From contig JANQKZ010000014.1 in assembly GCA_028280845.1 (NCBI GenBank), positions 60,672 through 124,671 of the forward strand: a stretch of DNA of 64,000 nt. The letters are read 5' to 3'. Below, one piece after another: positions 44,210 through 53,667 of this stretch. The DNA comes from Opitutales bacterium (GTDB taxonomy: Bacteria; Verrucomicrobiota; Verrucomicrobiia; Opitutales; JABSRG01). The translations under genes and the position numbers were made by a program. Numbering within the stretch: position 1 is the first letter of the stretch; every line of letters begins with the position of its first letter. The notes under the pieces were generated by a model. It did no database searches, was not told where the DNA came from, and saw nothing but the letters and a program-made list of their open reading frames with translations.

Positions 44210-46514
44210 GGTCTAACATTTTATTGATGAGGTCAGTTTGACGCAAGGCGGCTTCCTTGTTGTGGACGCCAATTTGCCAGGCTTCCGGGTCGCCTACCAC
44301 ATAGGCCTTTTGTCTTCCCCGGGTGACTCCTGTGTAAATGAGGTTTCGTTGAAGCATGAGGAAGTGTTGTTTCATGAGTGGAATAAGCACCACCGGGTAC
44401 TCGCTGCCCTGGCTTTTGTGGATACTGATCGCGTAAGCCAGGTTTAGATCCGAGAGTTCGCCCTTTTCGAAATCATGTATTTCTCCGTCGAAATCGATGA
44501 GGAGGCGGACCCCATCGGGACTGATTCCGGTGATAAGCCCAATGTCCCCGTTGAAGAGGTTTTTTTCGTAATTGTTTCTGGTTTGAATGACCTTGTCGCC
44601 GATTCGGAAAGCACTTGCTCCCATACGTATTTCTGCGGGGATCGGTTTGCCTGTTCTCTGACGGAAGTGGTTCTGGGTGGGACGCAGGTGGGTCCCCCGG
44701 CTCTGGCTAAGCCCCGCGTTTTTACGTTGCCGGGCAAGTTCGATGGGGTTGAGGTGTTTCTGGAGTTCTGTATTTAAATTTTGGATACCGACAATACCTT
44801 TGTGCATGGGGGCCAGAACCTGGGTATCCCGAATAGGGTCCATTCCCAGGCGGTCCGGAATATAATCACGGACGGTTCGGATAGTTTTCTGCAGGCAGGC
44901 CTCGGGGGAATCAGCGGTGATGAAGTGAAAATCATGCCCTTCGTCGATATCTTTTGCGAGGTTGGCGGAGTAGGGGAGGCTTGTTTCGCCGTGCAGAATG
45001 CGGTGGGCCATGGAAACGATGCTGCTGGTTTCCTCCTGGCGAAATATTCGCTGCAGACGGGTGACGGGAATTTTCCCGCTGGCAATGAGGTCTTTCAGGA
45101 CATTGCCCGGGCCGACACTGGGCAGTTGATCGGAATCGCCGACCAGGAGCAGGTGAGCCTTGGGTTTGAGTGCTCGGAGGAGGTGAGCGGCCAGGCGGGT
45201 GTCGAGCATACTGCTCTCGTCGATGATAAGGATGGTGGCATCCAGGGGGTTATCGGGCCCATGAAAAAACCCGCCCTCTGAGGGGTCAAACTTCAGTAGC
45301 CGATGGATGGTGGAGGCGGGGTGGCCCGTGCTATCGGCCATGCGTTGGGCAGCCCGACCGGTGGGAGAGGCTAACTGGATCCGGGCTTTTTTTGCGGCGA
45401 GGATGCTGACGAGGCTGCGAAGGATGGTGGTTTTACCGGTTCCAGGGCCACCTGTGAGGATGGAGACTTTATGGGTGAGGGCGGTTTCCAGCGCCGTGGA
45501 TTGTTCGGAGGCGAAGGCAAAGCCCGCTTTGTTTTGGGCCCATTCGAGGGCTTTATCTACCCGGATCCCGGGCAACGAAGAGGGGGCCTTGAGCAGGCGG
45601 ACGACACATTCCGCAAGCTGGGATTCGGCCTTCGCGGTTTTCGGCAACTGGTAGTATTGCTTATCCTCACGGCGTACTTCGACCATTTCCCTCCGCCCGG
45701 CCATGGCATGCAATTCATCGACGACACGGTCGCCACCGACTTCTAACAAGGTGGTGGCCGCGGCGATGAGATCCCGGGCTGGAATCAAGGTATGGCCTTC
45801 TTCCTCCAGGTTGGAGCAAGTATGAGAGATTCCGGCGGCGATCCGGGTGGCGGATTCATTGGGCAGTCCAAGATTGCGAGCGATTTTGTCTGCAGTCTTG
45901 AATCCGATTCGATCAATTTCGCGGGCGAGACGAAAGGGGTCTTCCTGGATAATCTGTTTGGTTTCCGCTCCGTATTTTTTCACCAGGCGAACACAGTGAG
46001 CAGTGGTCACTCCATAGGTCTGGAGGAACATGAGGACGTCTCTGAACGCGCGTTGGTCATCCCATGACTTTTTGATGGAGGCAGCTCTGCCACGACCAAT
46101 GCCTTCGACTTCTTGAAGTCGCTTAGACTCCTCTGTGATCACGCGGAGGGTGTCGGCCCCGAATTTGTCGACAATGCGCTCGGCGTACTTGGGGCCGATA
46201 CCGGGGACCAGGCCGCTACCCAGGTATTTGCGGATTCCATAGACATTGGAGGGAAGGCGCGAGGCGAAGGTATCAATTTTAAACTGATCTCCATATTCGG
46301 GATGGTGGGACCACTGACCGAAGAGCTCGAGGGTTTCCCCGCATTGGACGCCAGGAAGGACGCCGGTGATGGATGTGGTGCGACTCTTAGCTCCGGCCTC
46401 CTGGAGCCGGAATTCGCCTACGGTGTAGGCATTCTCTTCATTGCTGTAGATGATTCGCTCCAGGACGCCTTGAATGCGGGCCTGGGTCGAAGACGATGGG
46501 GAAGGATGTACCAC
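44199..46514 (-). CDS. recD2: RecD2-type SF1B ATP-dependent DNA helicase (RecD-like/YrrC)
   Basis: 771 aa. N-terminal OB/HhH modules, Walker A LTGGPGTGKTT, DESSMLD, LVGDSDQLPSVGPG, and a C-terminal SH3-like/UvrD_C_2 region (AISIHKSQGSEYP). Confidence 0.9.
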   Translation of the reverse strand: MVHPSPSSSTQARIQGVLERIIYSNEENAYTVGEFRLQEAGAKSRTTSITGVLPGVQCGETLELFGQWSHHPEYGDQFKIDTFASRLPSNVYGIRKYLGSGLVPGIGPKYAERIVDKFGADTLRVITEESKRLQEVEGIGRGRAASIKKSWDDQRAFRDVLMFLQTYGVTTAHCVRLVKKYGAETKQIIQEDPFRLAREIDRIGFKTADKIARNLGLPNESATRIAAGISHTCSNLEEEGHTLIPARDLIAAATTLLEVGGDRVVDELHAMAGRREMVEVRREDKQYYQLPKTAKAESQLAECVVRLLKAPSSLPGIRVDKALEWAQNKAGFAFASEQSTALETALTHKVSILTGGPGTGKTTILRSLVSILAAKKARIQLASPTGRAAQRMADSTGHPASTIHRLLKFDPSEGGFFHGPDNPLDATILIIDESSMLDTRLAAHLLRALKPKAHLLLVGDSDQLPSVGPGNVLKDLIASGKIPVTRLQRIFRQEETSSIVSMAHRILHGETSLPYSANLAKDIDEGHDFHFITADSPEACLQKTIRTVRDYIPDRLGMDPIRDTQVLAPMHKGIVGIQNLNTELQKHLNPIELARQRKNAGLSQSRGTHLRPTQNHFRQRTGKPIPAEIRMGASAFRIGDKVIQTRNNYEKNLFNGDIGLITGISPDGVRLLIDFDGEIHDFEKGELSDLNLAYAISIHKSQGSEYPVVLIPLMKQHFLMLQRNLIYTGVTRGRQKAYVVGDPEAWQIGVHNKEAALRQTDLINKMLDRER

Positions 46515-46533
46515 GCGGATGAGCTAAGACCAT

Positions 46534-47208
46534 TCAATCGGTCTGAGCAAGTGCGGGAAGGTCGAAAACAGAGTCCTCAAGTTCATTCATTGAGGCGAAG
46601 ACCCCATCGGCGTCGGTTTCTTCTCTGAGGGCTTCTACTGAATGGGAACCGGTGCCAACGAGGTAGACCCTGGCCATGTTGACGGCCCGCGCGGCTTCTG
46701 CATCGAAAGGGGAGTCTCCGATCATCCAGGTATGGGTGGCAGGCATACCAATTTTGTCCAGGACCATTTCGGAGAAGGCTTTGGCCGGTTTGCGGAAGCC
46801 TTCCAGTCGCTCGCTTCCCTCGATGATTTTCATATAGGGTTCAAGCCCGAGGTAACGGCACACATCCTGGCTGCTTTCGTGGTTCTTGTTGGTGAAGACA
46901 CCGAGGACATACCGGTCCGTGGCGTGAAGCTTTTGAACCAGTTCAATGGCTCCGGGAAGGAGCCGCAAGCCTTCGGAAAAGTTGACCTTAAAATACTGGT
47001 TGAAAATGGGAATCGCCTCCTCGGTAAAATCCTCTTTGAGAAGCCGTCGCATGGTTACCGGAACGGAGCCTCCCACTGTGCGCCGAACGGTGTCGTAGTC
47101 TGTAGGAGGTAAGCCCAGCGTCCCCAAGGTATGCACGTAGGCCGCGTAGATCGCGTCGAAGTTGTCCACCAGGGTGCCGTCCAAATCAAATAGAATTGCC
47201 GTCTTCAT
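46534..47208 (-). CDS. HAD-superfamily hydrolase (phosphoglycolate phosphatase-like)
   Basis: 224 aa. Motif I is ILFDLDGTLVDN. Motif IV is MIGDSPFDAEAA. Confidence 0.85.
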   Translation of the reverse strand: MKTAILFDLDGTLVDNFDAIYAAYVHTLGTLGLPPTDYDTVRRTVGGSVPVTMRRLLKEDFTEEAIPIFNQYFKVNFSEGLRLLPGAIELVQKLHATDRYVLGVFTNKNHESSQDVCRYLGLEPYMKIIEGSERLEGFRKPAKAFSEMVLDKIGMPATHTWMIGDSPFDAEAARAVNMARVYLVGTGSHSVEALREETDADGVFASMNELEDSVFDLPALAQTD

Positions 47209-47358
47209 CCGGGACCGAGGTTGGCTTGGGAGGTACCGTTGGACAAGCGGGAAAATGAAAATTCGAGTGACGGTTGAGCAGGGGTTGACGCCGGGATGAA
47301 GAAAGGTCCGCTTGACCTCTAGGAGGGGTCTGTTAGCACTTGATTAGCTGAAACTTAT

Positions 47359-48501
47359 ATGCCCGTCGTCGACCAGAACCCCAAGGCCAGATTGGAATCC
47401 AATGGAAGTGTATTTCGTTTGGTCTTGTCGGGAGATTGGGTGCTTCAATCCGGTGCTCCAAGCTTTCATGAATTGAATTGGGATCCCCTGCAGGGAAAAA
47501 AGGGGGTTGGGATTCTGGAAATCAATGGTCGGGATCTTGGCCGTTGGGATACGACTCTCCTTCCCATGCTGTTGGCGGCGCATAATTTTTGCGAAGAGCA
47601 CGAAGTCTCATTGAATCTGGAAGGCCTTCCGGAGGGGATACGGCGGTTGTTCAACCTGGCCACGGCAGTTCCAGTAAAAACCGACGCCACGCATGCGGAG
47701 GACGAACCCGGGTTCTTTCGGCAGATTGGTAATTGGGCCATGAATTTTCGTCAGGGCGCAGACGATTGGTTTGAGTTCATAGGTCGTCTATTTTTAGGGT
47801 TTATGCGTCTGGCCCGAGGAAAGGCACAGGTCCGGATGCGGGACTTTGCCCTAGTGGTCGAGTCGACGGGCGCCATGGCTTTTCCCATTGTTTCGCTGAT
47901 CAGTTTTCTGGTGGGGTTGATCATTACCTTTCTCGGGATCGTGGTGCTGATCCGGTTTAATGCTGAATACTATGTATCCTACCTGGTGGGTTATGGTATG
48001 CTACGAGAGATGGGAGCTTTGATGACGGGAATTATCCTAGCTGGTCGGACTGGTGCGGCCTTTGCCGCTCAGATTGGCAGTATGAAGGTAAACGAAGAAC
48101 TGGATGCCCTGCGGGCTTCAGGCGTTGACCCGGTGGAATTCCTGGTGATTCCCCGTGTGCTGGCTCTGGTCCTGATGATGCCACTGCTCGTTATCTATTC
48201 CATGGTAGTGGGAATCATTTCCGGCATGGCGATTGCCAACGTCATGCAAAACATGGCTCCGGAGATCTTTGTGAAAGGTCTTTTGGAAGCTGTCACCCTG
48301 TCAGACCTTATGCTGGGTCTGATAAAGTCGGTTGTCTTTGGGATTCTGATCGCCATGTCGGGCTGTTTGCGGGGTCTCCAATCAGGGAACGATGCGAATG
48401 CGGTGGGGGTAGCGACTACCCAGGCCGTGGTGACGAGTATCACCCTCATTGTGGCATTCAATGCGTTGATTGATTGGATCGCCGCCATTTACAACGTGTA
48501 G
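47359..48501 (+). CDS. MlaE/YrbE-family ABC permease with N-terminal STAS-like domain
   Basis: 380 aa. The N-terminal ~120 aa are soluble; the C-terminal part is an MlaE-type 5-6 TM permease. Confidence 0.8.
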   Translation: MPVVDQNPKARLESNGSVFRLVLSGDWVLQSGAPSFHELNWDPLQGKKGVGILEINGRDLGRWDTTLLPMLLAAHNFCEEHEVSLNLEGLPEGIRRLFNLATAVPVKTDATHAEDEPGFFRQIGNWAMNFRQGADDWFEFIGRLFLGFMRLARGKAQVRMRDFALVVESTGAMAFPIVSLISFLVGLIITFLGIVVLIRFNAEYYVSYLVGYGMLREMGALMTGIILAGRTGAAFAAQIGSMKVNEELDALRASGVDPVEFLVIPRVLALVLMMPLLVIYSMVVGIISGMAIANVMQNMAPEIFVKGLLEAVTLSDLMLGLIKSVVFGILIAMSGCLRGLQSGNDANAVGVATTQAVVTSITLIVAFNALIDWIAAIYNV

Positions 48502-48506
48502 GTGCG

Positions 48507-49268
48507 ATGTCGAAGGAAGCGTTAATTCGAGTCGAAAACCTGACCATGGCCTATGGGGATTTCGTAGTTATGCGGGATCTCAATTTTGATGTGAAGCAGG
48601 GAGAGGTGATGGTCATTATGGGGGGGTCCGGTTGTGGGAAGAGCACCCTGCTGCGCCATTTGATCGGTTTGCAGGAACCGGCCAAGGGTGAAATTTATTA
48701 TGGGGATACGAATTATACCCAGTCGGACCCGGATCGGCGGCAGAAGATCAATCGTCGCTTTGGAGTGACCTTTCAGCAGGGAGCCCTATGGAGTAGCATG
48801 ACCTTGGAGGAGAATGTGGCCTTCACCCTCGAGGAGTATACGAATCTGCCTCCGGAAGAGATTCAGTCGCTAGTCCGTTCCAAGCTTTCCCTGGTTGGGC
48901 TTCGTGGCTTCGAGCAGTACTACCCGGCAGAGATCAGCGGGGGGATGCGAAAACGGGCCGGCCTGGCCCGTGCCATAGCCCTGGATCCGGATATCCTCTT
49001 TTTTGATGAACCTTCAGCGGGGTTGGATCCCCTGAGTTCCAAACGGCTGGACCAGTTAATCATGGAGCTTCGCGACAGCCTGGGGGCTACGATTGTCATC
49101 GTTACTCATGAGCTGGAGAGCATCTTTGATATTAGCGATCGGGCAATTTTCCTCGATACCTCGGTTCGGACGATCACCGCCATCGGGCATCCGAAAGCGA
49201 TGTTAAAGGATCCTCCGAATGAGAATGTGTACCGTTTCCTCAGTCGGGACGCAACGAAGCCTGCATGA
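48507..49268 (+). CDS. MlaF-like ABC transporter ATP-binding protein
   Basis: ATG at 48507 (MSKEALIRVENL...). Walker A GGSGCGKST, signature ISGGMRKR, Walker B LFFDEP. Confidence 0.9.
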   Translation: MSKEALIRVENLTMAYGDFVVMRDLNFDVKQGEVMVIMGGSGCGKSTLLRHLIGLQEPAKGEIYYGDTNYTQSDPDRRQKINRRFGVTFQQGALWSSMTLEENVAFTLEEYTNLPPEEIQSLVRSKLSLVGLRGFEQYYPAEISGGMRKRAGLARAIALDPDILFFDEPSAGLDPLSSKRLDQLIMELRDSLGATIVIVTHELESIFDISDRAIFLDTSVRTITAIGHPKAMLKDPPNENVYRFLSRDATKPA

Positions 49269-49324
49269 CTTTTTCATTTAACAATTCCTCAACTTTTCTA
49301 TTATTCACAAATTCCTGCTTCTAA

Positions 49325-50326
49325 ATGGCTAAACGCGCAAACCCAGTAACAATCGGCATCTTCGTGACCGGGGCCTTTCTCCTGTTTACCGGCCTCCTGG
49401 GTTTTTTGGGGACAGCCGGCCTCTTTGAAAAGAAGGAGCAGTTTATCCTCTTCTTTGATGAGTCGGTCAATGGGTTGAACGTGGGGTCCAGTGTGAAATT
49501 TAAAGGGGTTCCGATTGGGCGAGTGAAACGAATCTTAATTCGGGCGGAGAACCAACCTGAATCATCTTCGGCCGTTCCGGTCATTATTGAACTGGATGGG
49601 CATCGTTTGCAGCGGAATTACAATGTCGGCCTGGATTTGAGTGATCCCAATGCATTTGCCGACCAGATCGCCAACGGGCTGCGTGCCCGGTTGAATTCGG
49701 AAAGTTTTATTACCGGCCTGCTCTATGTGGACCTGGATTATATCCAAGATCCGTCTCCGCCGCGTATCGTGCAGGAAACCTTCATCTACAAGGAAATCCC
49801 GACCGTTCCCTCTACGGTCGCGGAGTTGACGCAACAAGCCTTTGAAGCCATTGCCACCTTCAGTCAGATGGACCTTGAGGGCACCCTGATCAGTCTAAAA
49901 GACCTGTTGGATTCTACTCGGACAAAGGTTGACCAAGTGGATATTCCACGGATTACTGATTCTGTAACCGGCGCTGCAGATGCTTTTACAGCCTTAGCCC
50001 AGTCCGAAGAAGTTAAACAAGCGATCATTTCGTTGGATGATACGCTGCAAGAAATTCAAGTCCTGAGTCAGTCGCTTCAGACCAACACCAATGATATACG
50101 GGGGGATCTTGGGGATTCTCTGGATGCGCTGGAAGCTACCCTGGCTGAAGCCACCAAGACCTTATCCACGATAGGGTTTGCCTTGAGTGAGGAGTCACCC
50201 GTTATGTTGGAGCTGGAGGAAATGATGAAAAATATTTCCAGAGCCGCCAATTCCACTCAAGCCCTGGTCGAATATTTGGAACGGAACCCCAAGGCCCTCA
50301 TCACCGGACGCCCCGTAAACCCTTAA
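49325..50326 (+). CDS. MlaD/MCE-domain protein
   Basis: 333 aa. N-terminal TM, MCE fold region (GLNVGSSVKFKGVPIGRVKRI), and a long helical C-terminus. Confidence 0.85.
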   Translation: MAKRANPVTIGIFVTGAFLLFTGLLGFLGTAGLFEKKEQFILFFDESVNGLNVGSSVKFKGVPIGRVKRILIRAENQPESSSAVPVIIELDGHRLQRNYNVGLDLSDPNAFADQIANGLRARLNSESFITGLLYVDLDYIQDPSPPRIVQETFIYKEIPTVPSTVAELTQQAFEAIATFSQMDLEGTLISLKDLLDSTRTKVDQVDIPRITDSVTGAADAFTALAQSEEVKQAIISLDDTLQEIQVLSQSLQTNTNDIRGDLGDSLDALEATLAEATKTLSTIGFALSEESPVMLELEEMMKNISRAANSTQALVEYLERNPKALITGRPVNP

Positions 50327-50336
50327 ACGAAGATTT

Positions 50337-50978
50337 ATGCATGCGAAGCCCCTCAGGTTAAAGGGAATGATTCTCGGTGGATTGGCCGCCAGCATTCTGC
50401 TAACCGGTTGTATCAATCTGGAACCGGTCGAAGATCCCACCCGGACTTATATTCTGAGTTCCGCGGATCTCTCCCCGATTCGTCTCAGCCGAGAAGGCGA
50501 GACGATTTCCCTTTTTATCGAGCGTGTAGAGATTCCACCCTACCTGGATGACCGGCGATTGGTTACCCGAGTTGCCCCTAATGAAGTCGAGTTTCACGAG
50601 TTTTATCGATGGGCAGAGCCCATTGCGGAGGGAATAGGGCGGACCATCGCGGAGAACCTTGATTCAATGGAGGTAGTGAAGGATGTAGGCTACCATCCCT
50701 GGCGAAAGTATGGCCGGAATGACTACCGGATTCGCCTGAAGATCTTCCACTTTGAAGCCAATGAAACCGGGGATGTCGAGTTTTCGGGAATTGCCGAGAT
50801 TTATGAGCCGGGTGATGCTCTGGTCATGGTCACGACGCGTGATTTTCGGTTTCGGTCCCCAGTCATCGGACAAGGAATGGATGGGGTTGTGGCCGCCATG
50901 AGTGATTCCCTGGCTCAGTTTTCCACCAAGCTGGCTGAGGCTTATCGGGAGCGAAGCCTGGACGACGAGCCTAATTAA
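50337..50978 (+). CDS. ABC-type transport auxiliary lipoprotein (PqiC/DUF330-like)
   Basis: 213 aa with lipobox LLTGC. It occupies the last position of the MCE operon. Confidence 0.7.
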   Translation: MHAKPLRLKGMILGGLAASILLTGCINLEPVEDPTRTYILSSADLSPIRLSREGETISLFIERVEIPPYLDDRRLVTRVAPNEVEFHEFYRWAEPIAEGIGRTIAENLDSMEVVKDVGYHPWRKYGRNDYRIRLKIFHFEANETGDVEFSGIAEIYEPGDALVMVTTRDFRFRSPVIGQGMDGVVAAMSDSLAQFSTKLAEAYRERSLDDEPN

Positions 50979-50983
50979 TCCGT

Positions 50984-51619
50984 TTATTTGTCATAAGGCC
51001 AAGAGGTCACCTCCTGGCCCGCTCCGGCTCCAGCCGAATAAATAAGAACCGGTTGCCTGATGTTTGAGGTCGTGACCGGTTGGAAGGTGTCTTCACTTGC
51101 GCCATCAATATGAGTCGCCGGTCCACTGGTTGTCAGGATCTGGCGTGCGATTTGCCCATTATAATCGGTGTCGAGTACTACGATAATGTCCGTATTGCCG
51201 AAGGCGTCTATAATGGCTTTCCCATTAAAATCCTGTTCGCTGAAGCTATGATAACTCCGTGCCTTTGAATTTAATCGCCGGTGGGGAGTTTTGAGGATGG
51301 TCGTTCCATCATAACTATACCCAGTCAGGGTTCGGTAAACATCTTCCCCGGCGTCTTCCAGAGAGAGCGCACTATCGGGGTTTCCCTCTGGCTGCCCGAA
51401 GAGTGGATAAAAGCCATAGTCGGATTTGTAGTTTATACAGGCCGTGGATAGCTGGCTGAAGAGGGCCCTGGTTTGAGTCCGTTTGGCCTGCGTGCGCACT
51501 GCCCCCACAGTCGGTATCAGTAAACCCGCCAATATGGCAATGATCGCGATAACGGCCAGGAGCTCGACGAGGGTAAACCCCTTCGCCCGGGACTTCGGGT
51601 AAGGTAAGAGTAAGCGCAC
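50984..51619 (-). CDS. prepilin-type N-terminal cleavage/methylation domain protein (T2SS pseudopilin-like)
   Basis: 211 aa. The class III signal is KGFTLVELLAVIAIIAILAGLLIP. Confidence 0.85.
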   Translation of the reverse strand: MRLLLPYPKSRAKGFTLVELLAVIAIIAILAGLLIPTVGAVRTQAKRTQTRALFSQLSTACINYKSDYGFYPLFGQPEGNPDSALSLEDAGEDVYRTLTGYSYDGTTILKTPHRRLNSKARSYHSFSEQDFNGKAIIDAFGNTDIIVVLDTDYNGQIARQILTTSGPATHIDGASEDTFQPVTTSNIRQPVLIYSAGAGAGQEVTSWPYDK

Positions 51620-51713
51620 ACCTACAGGGTGAAAGCCGGCGGCTTCCGGTTCAACTGCAAAGCAATGCCGTCACGGGGATGTAAAGGAAGGGGTGGACTA
51701 GGTTTTGCCATAA

Positions 51714-51746
51714 TTGCAATGCAAATAATGCAATTACAATGCAATT
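51714..51746. promoter_or_regulatory. cluster of TGCAA-containing direct repeats (AATGCAATT x2, spaced 11 nt) inside an AT-rich island
   Basis: ttgcaatgcaaataATGCAATTacAATGCAATT read directly. It lies in the divergent region between the prepilin-like gene and the sigma-28 gene. Confidence 0.4.
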
Positions 51747-51899
51747 TCATATCTATATATGAAGAGTAATGGGGTGAAAATTTAATTCAAAAAAATATAA
51801 TATTTATAATCAGCGACTTACGTATTTTTGAAATTGGGTTGGCATTATGCATGCAACAGAGAGGGCAAACTTTTCTTTAATCTCTAAAGCACACACACT

Positions 51900-52640
51900 A
51901 TGAAACCTTTAGTTGAACCCACAGCCCAAGCGGAAGTCCTCGATCAGGCGGCCTTAGTTGAACAATTTTTACCTTTGGTCCACGCGGTCGTGGGCGGAAT
52001 GCGCAACCAGCTTCCTCAACATGCGGATCTTGAGGAACTGGCGAGTGTAGGGGTTACCGGCCTGATGGCAGCGATCGAAAAATTTGATCCTGAGCAACGC
52101 AATACGTTTGAGGGGTATGCGGTATTGCGGATTCGTGGAGCGATTCTGGACGAGCTGCGCCGGATGGATGCCATGCCCCGGACGGCCCGCCATAAGTGGC
52201 GTAAGCTCCAAGGCGTGGTGGCTGATCTGGAACAACGCAAGGGTCGGGCTCCGACCGAGGAAGAGGTGCGTGTTGAGCTTGGGCTGACCCCCAAAGAATT
52301 CTCCAAATTCCAGCGGCAGACCCATAATCTGAGCTTTTTCTCGCTAGATGGAGGCGCTATCGACGGTGACGAGGATGCCGGAAACTTCCACGATCTGATT
52401 GCTGATGAAAATCAGCCGATTGGCTCGGATCTGGCAGAACATAAAGAGCAGCTCGCCTTGCTGGCGGATTTCTTGGAAGCACTTCCGGAGCGCCAGCAAA
52501 AAGTCCTCGCTCTTTATTATCATGAAGGCCTTCGCCTCAGCGAGATTGCAGAGATCTTTGCAGTGACGGAAGCCCGCATCTGTCAAATCCATACCAAGGC
52601 CCTGGGCTCCTTACGGAAGCTCATGGAAAATGTAGATTGA
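51900..52640 (+). CDS. fliA: FliA/WhiG-family (sigma-28) RNA polymerase sigma factor
   Basis: 246 aa. Region 2 is GLMAAIEKFDPEQRNTFEGYAVLRIRGAILDELR. Region 4 is LSEIAEIFAVTEARICQIHTKAL. Confidence 0.85.
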   Translation: MKPLVEPTAQAEVLDQAALVEQFLPLVHAVVGGMRNQLPQHADLEELASVGVTGLMAAIEKFDPEQRNTFEGYAVLRIRGAILDELRRMDAMPRTARHKWRKLQGVVADLEQRKGRAPTEEEVRVELGLTPKEFSKFQRQTHNLSFFSLDGGAIDGDEDAGNFHDLIADENQPIGSDLAEHKEQLALLADFLEALPERQQKVLALYYHEGLRLSEIAEIFAVTEARICQIHTKALGSLRKLMENVD

Positions 52641-52692
52641 GCGAAGTTTTCCCATCCCATCGCGGACACAGTCCGCGAACCCGTATCCTCCG

Positions 52693-52726
52693 GGCCGCTC
52701 TCCATGTGAGAGCGGCCTATTTTTTT
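52693..52726 (+). terminator. rho-independent terminator
   Basis: Perfect 10-bp stem GGCCGCTCTC / GAGAGCGGCC, 5-nt loop, then TATTTTTTT. Confidence 0.85.
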
Positions 52727-52812
52727 GGAGGTTGATGGCGCCGTCCGGTTCCAGCGCTTCATGTCGTTCGCAAACCCTTGACAGGGCAGGGGTGAAGCGG
52801 GTTGAAGACAGC

Positions 52813-53604
52813 ATGACCGAAATGGTGGAGACCCAGGACTATCGAACTTCTGAGCGGAAGGTGAGCGGATTTGCGCGGCAATTCCCGAGTATTGCCTTTT
52901 ACCGGAAGCTGGGGTGGATCGTGTATAGTGCGCGCAACCTGGCCCTGAAAGGGGGATATAACCAGGAGCGATGGATTCGCAGCTCAGAAACGGTAATAGA
53001 AGCGATGGAAGACGTGGGAGGGCGCTTTGAGGTTGAAGGGTTGGACGCATTGCCTCCACACGATGGCCCTTGTATATACCTGGGGAATCATATGAGTACG
53101 TTGGAGACTTTCACTTTACCTTGGATTTTGCGAAAACGCCATCCACTGACCTACGTGATTAAGAAAGACCTGACCGAGCTACCTGTTTTTAAGCACGTGG
53201 TGTTGGCCAGAACTCCGATCGTGGTGGGCCGGAAGAGTCCTCGGGAAGACCTTACCTTGGTGCTGAAGGAAGGAGAGGCCAAAATAAAGGCCGGGTATTC
53301 GATCATCATCTTTCCGACGACGACCCGGACCCTGCATTTTGACTCATCGGCCTTTAATACGATCGGGGTCAAGTTGGCCCGGCGGGCGGGAGTTCCGGTC
53401 ATCCCCCTGGCCTTGAAAACAGACGCCTGGCGTTCCGATGGCTGGCCCATTAAAGATGCCGGCAAAATTGAACCGCATCAGACGGTCCACTTTGCGTTCG
53501 GTCCGCTGATGGAGGTTGAGGGAAATGGCAAGGTCACCAACGACGCAGCTCGCGACTTTATCGTAGAAAAGCTTCGTAGCTGGGGGACCGAGATCCGTTC
53601 ATAA
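52813..53604 (+). CDS. lysophospholipid acyltransferase (PlsC-like) family protein
   Basis: ATG at 52813 (MTEMVETQ...). Acyltransferase block is YLGNHMSTLETF (H-x4-E variant), followed by IIIFPTTTRT. Confidence 0.65.
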   Translation: MTEMVETQDYRTSERKVSGFARQFPSIAFYRKLGWIVYSARNLALKGGYNQERWIRSSETVIEAMEDVGGRFEVEGLDALPPHDGPCIYLGNHMSTLETFTLPWILRKRHPLTYVIKKDLTELPVFKHVVLARTPIVVGRKSPREDLTLVLKEGEAKIKAGYSIIIFPTTTRTLHFDSSAFNTIGVKLARRAGVPVIPLALKTDAWRSDGWPIKDAGKIEPHQTVHFAFGPLMEVEGNGKVTNDAARDFIVEKLRSWGTEIRS

Positions 53605-53632
53605 AAAAAAGCCGGAGTGCAGGCACTCCGGC
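53603..53632 (-). terminator. rho-independent terminator for the DUF481 gene (possibly bidirectional)
   Basis: Inverted repeat GCCGGAGTGC / GCACTCCGGC (53611..53632), followed on the minus strand by T8 (the A8 at 53603..53610 on the plus strand). Confidence 0.8.
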
Positions 53633-53667
53633 AGAAGAATGAAGGAGGGAACTATCCCAGGATGGGC

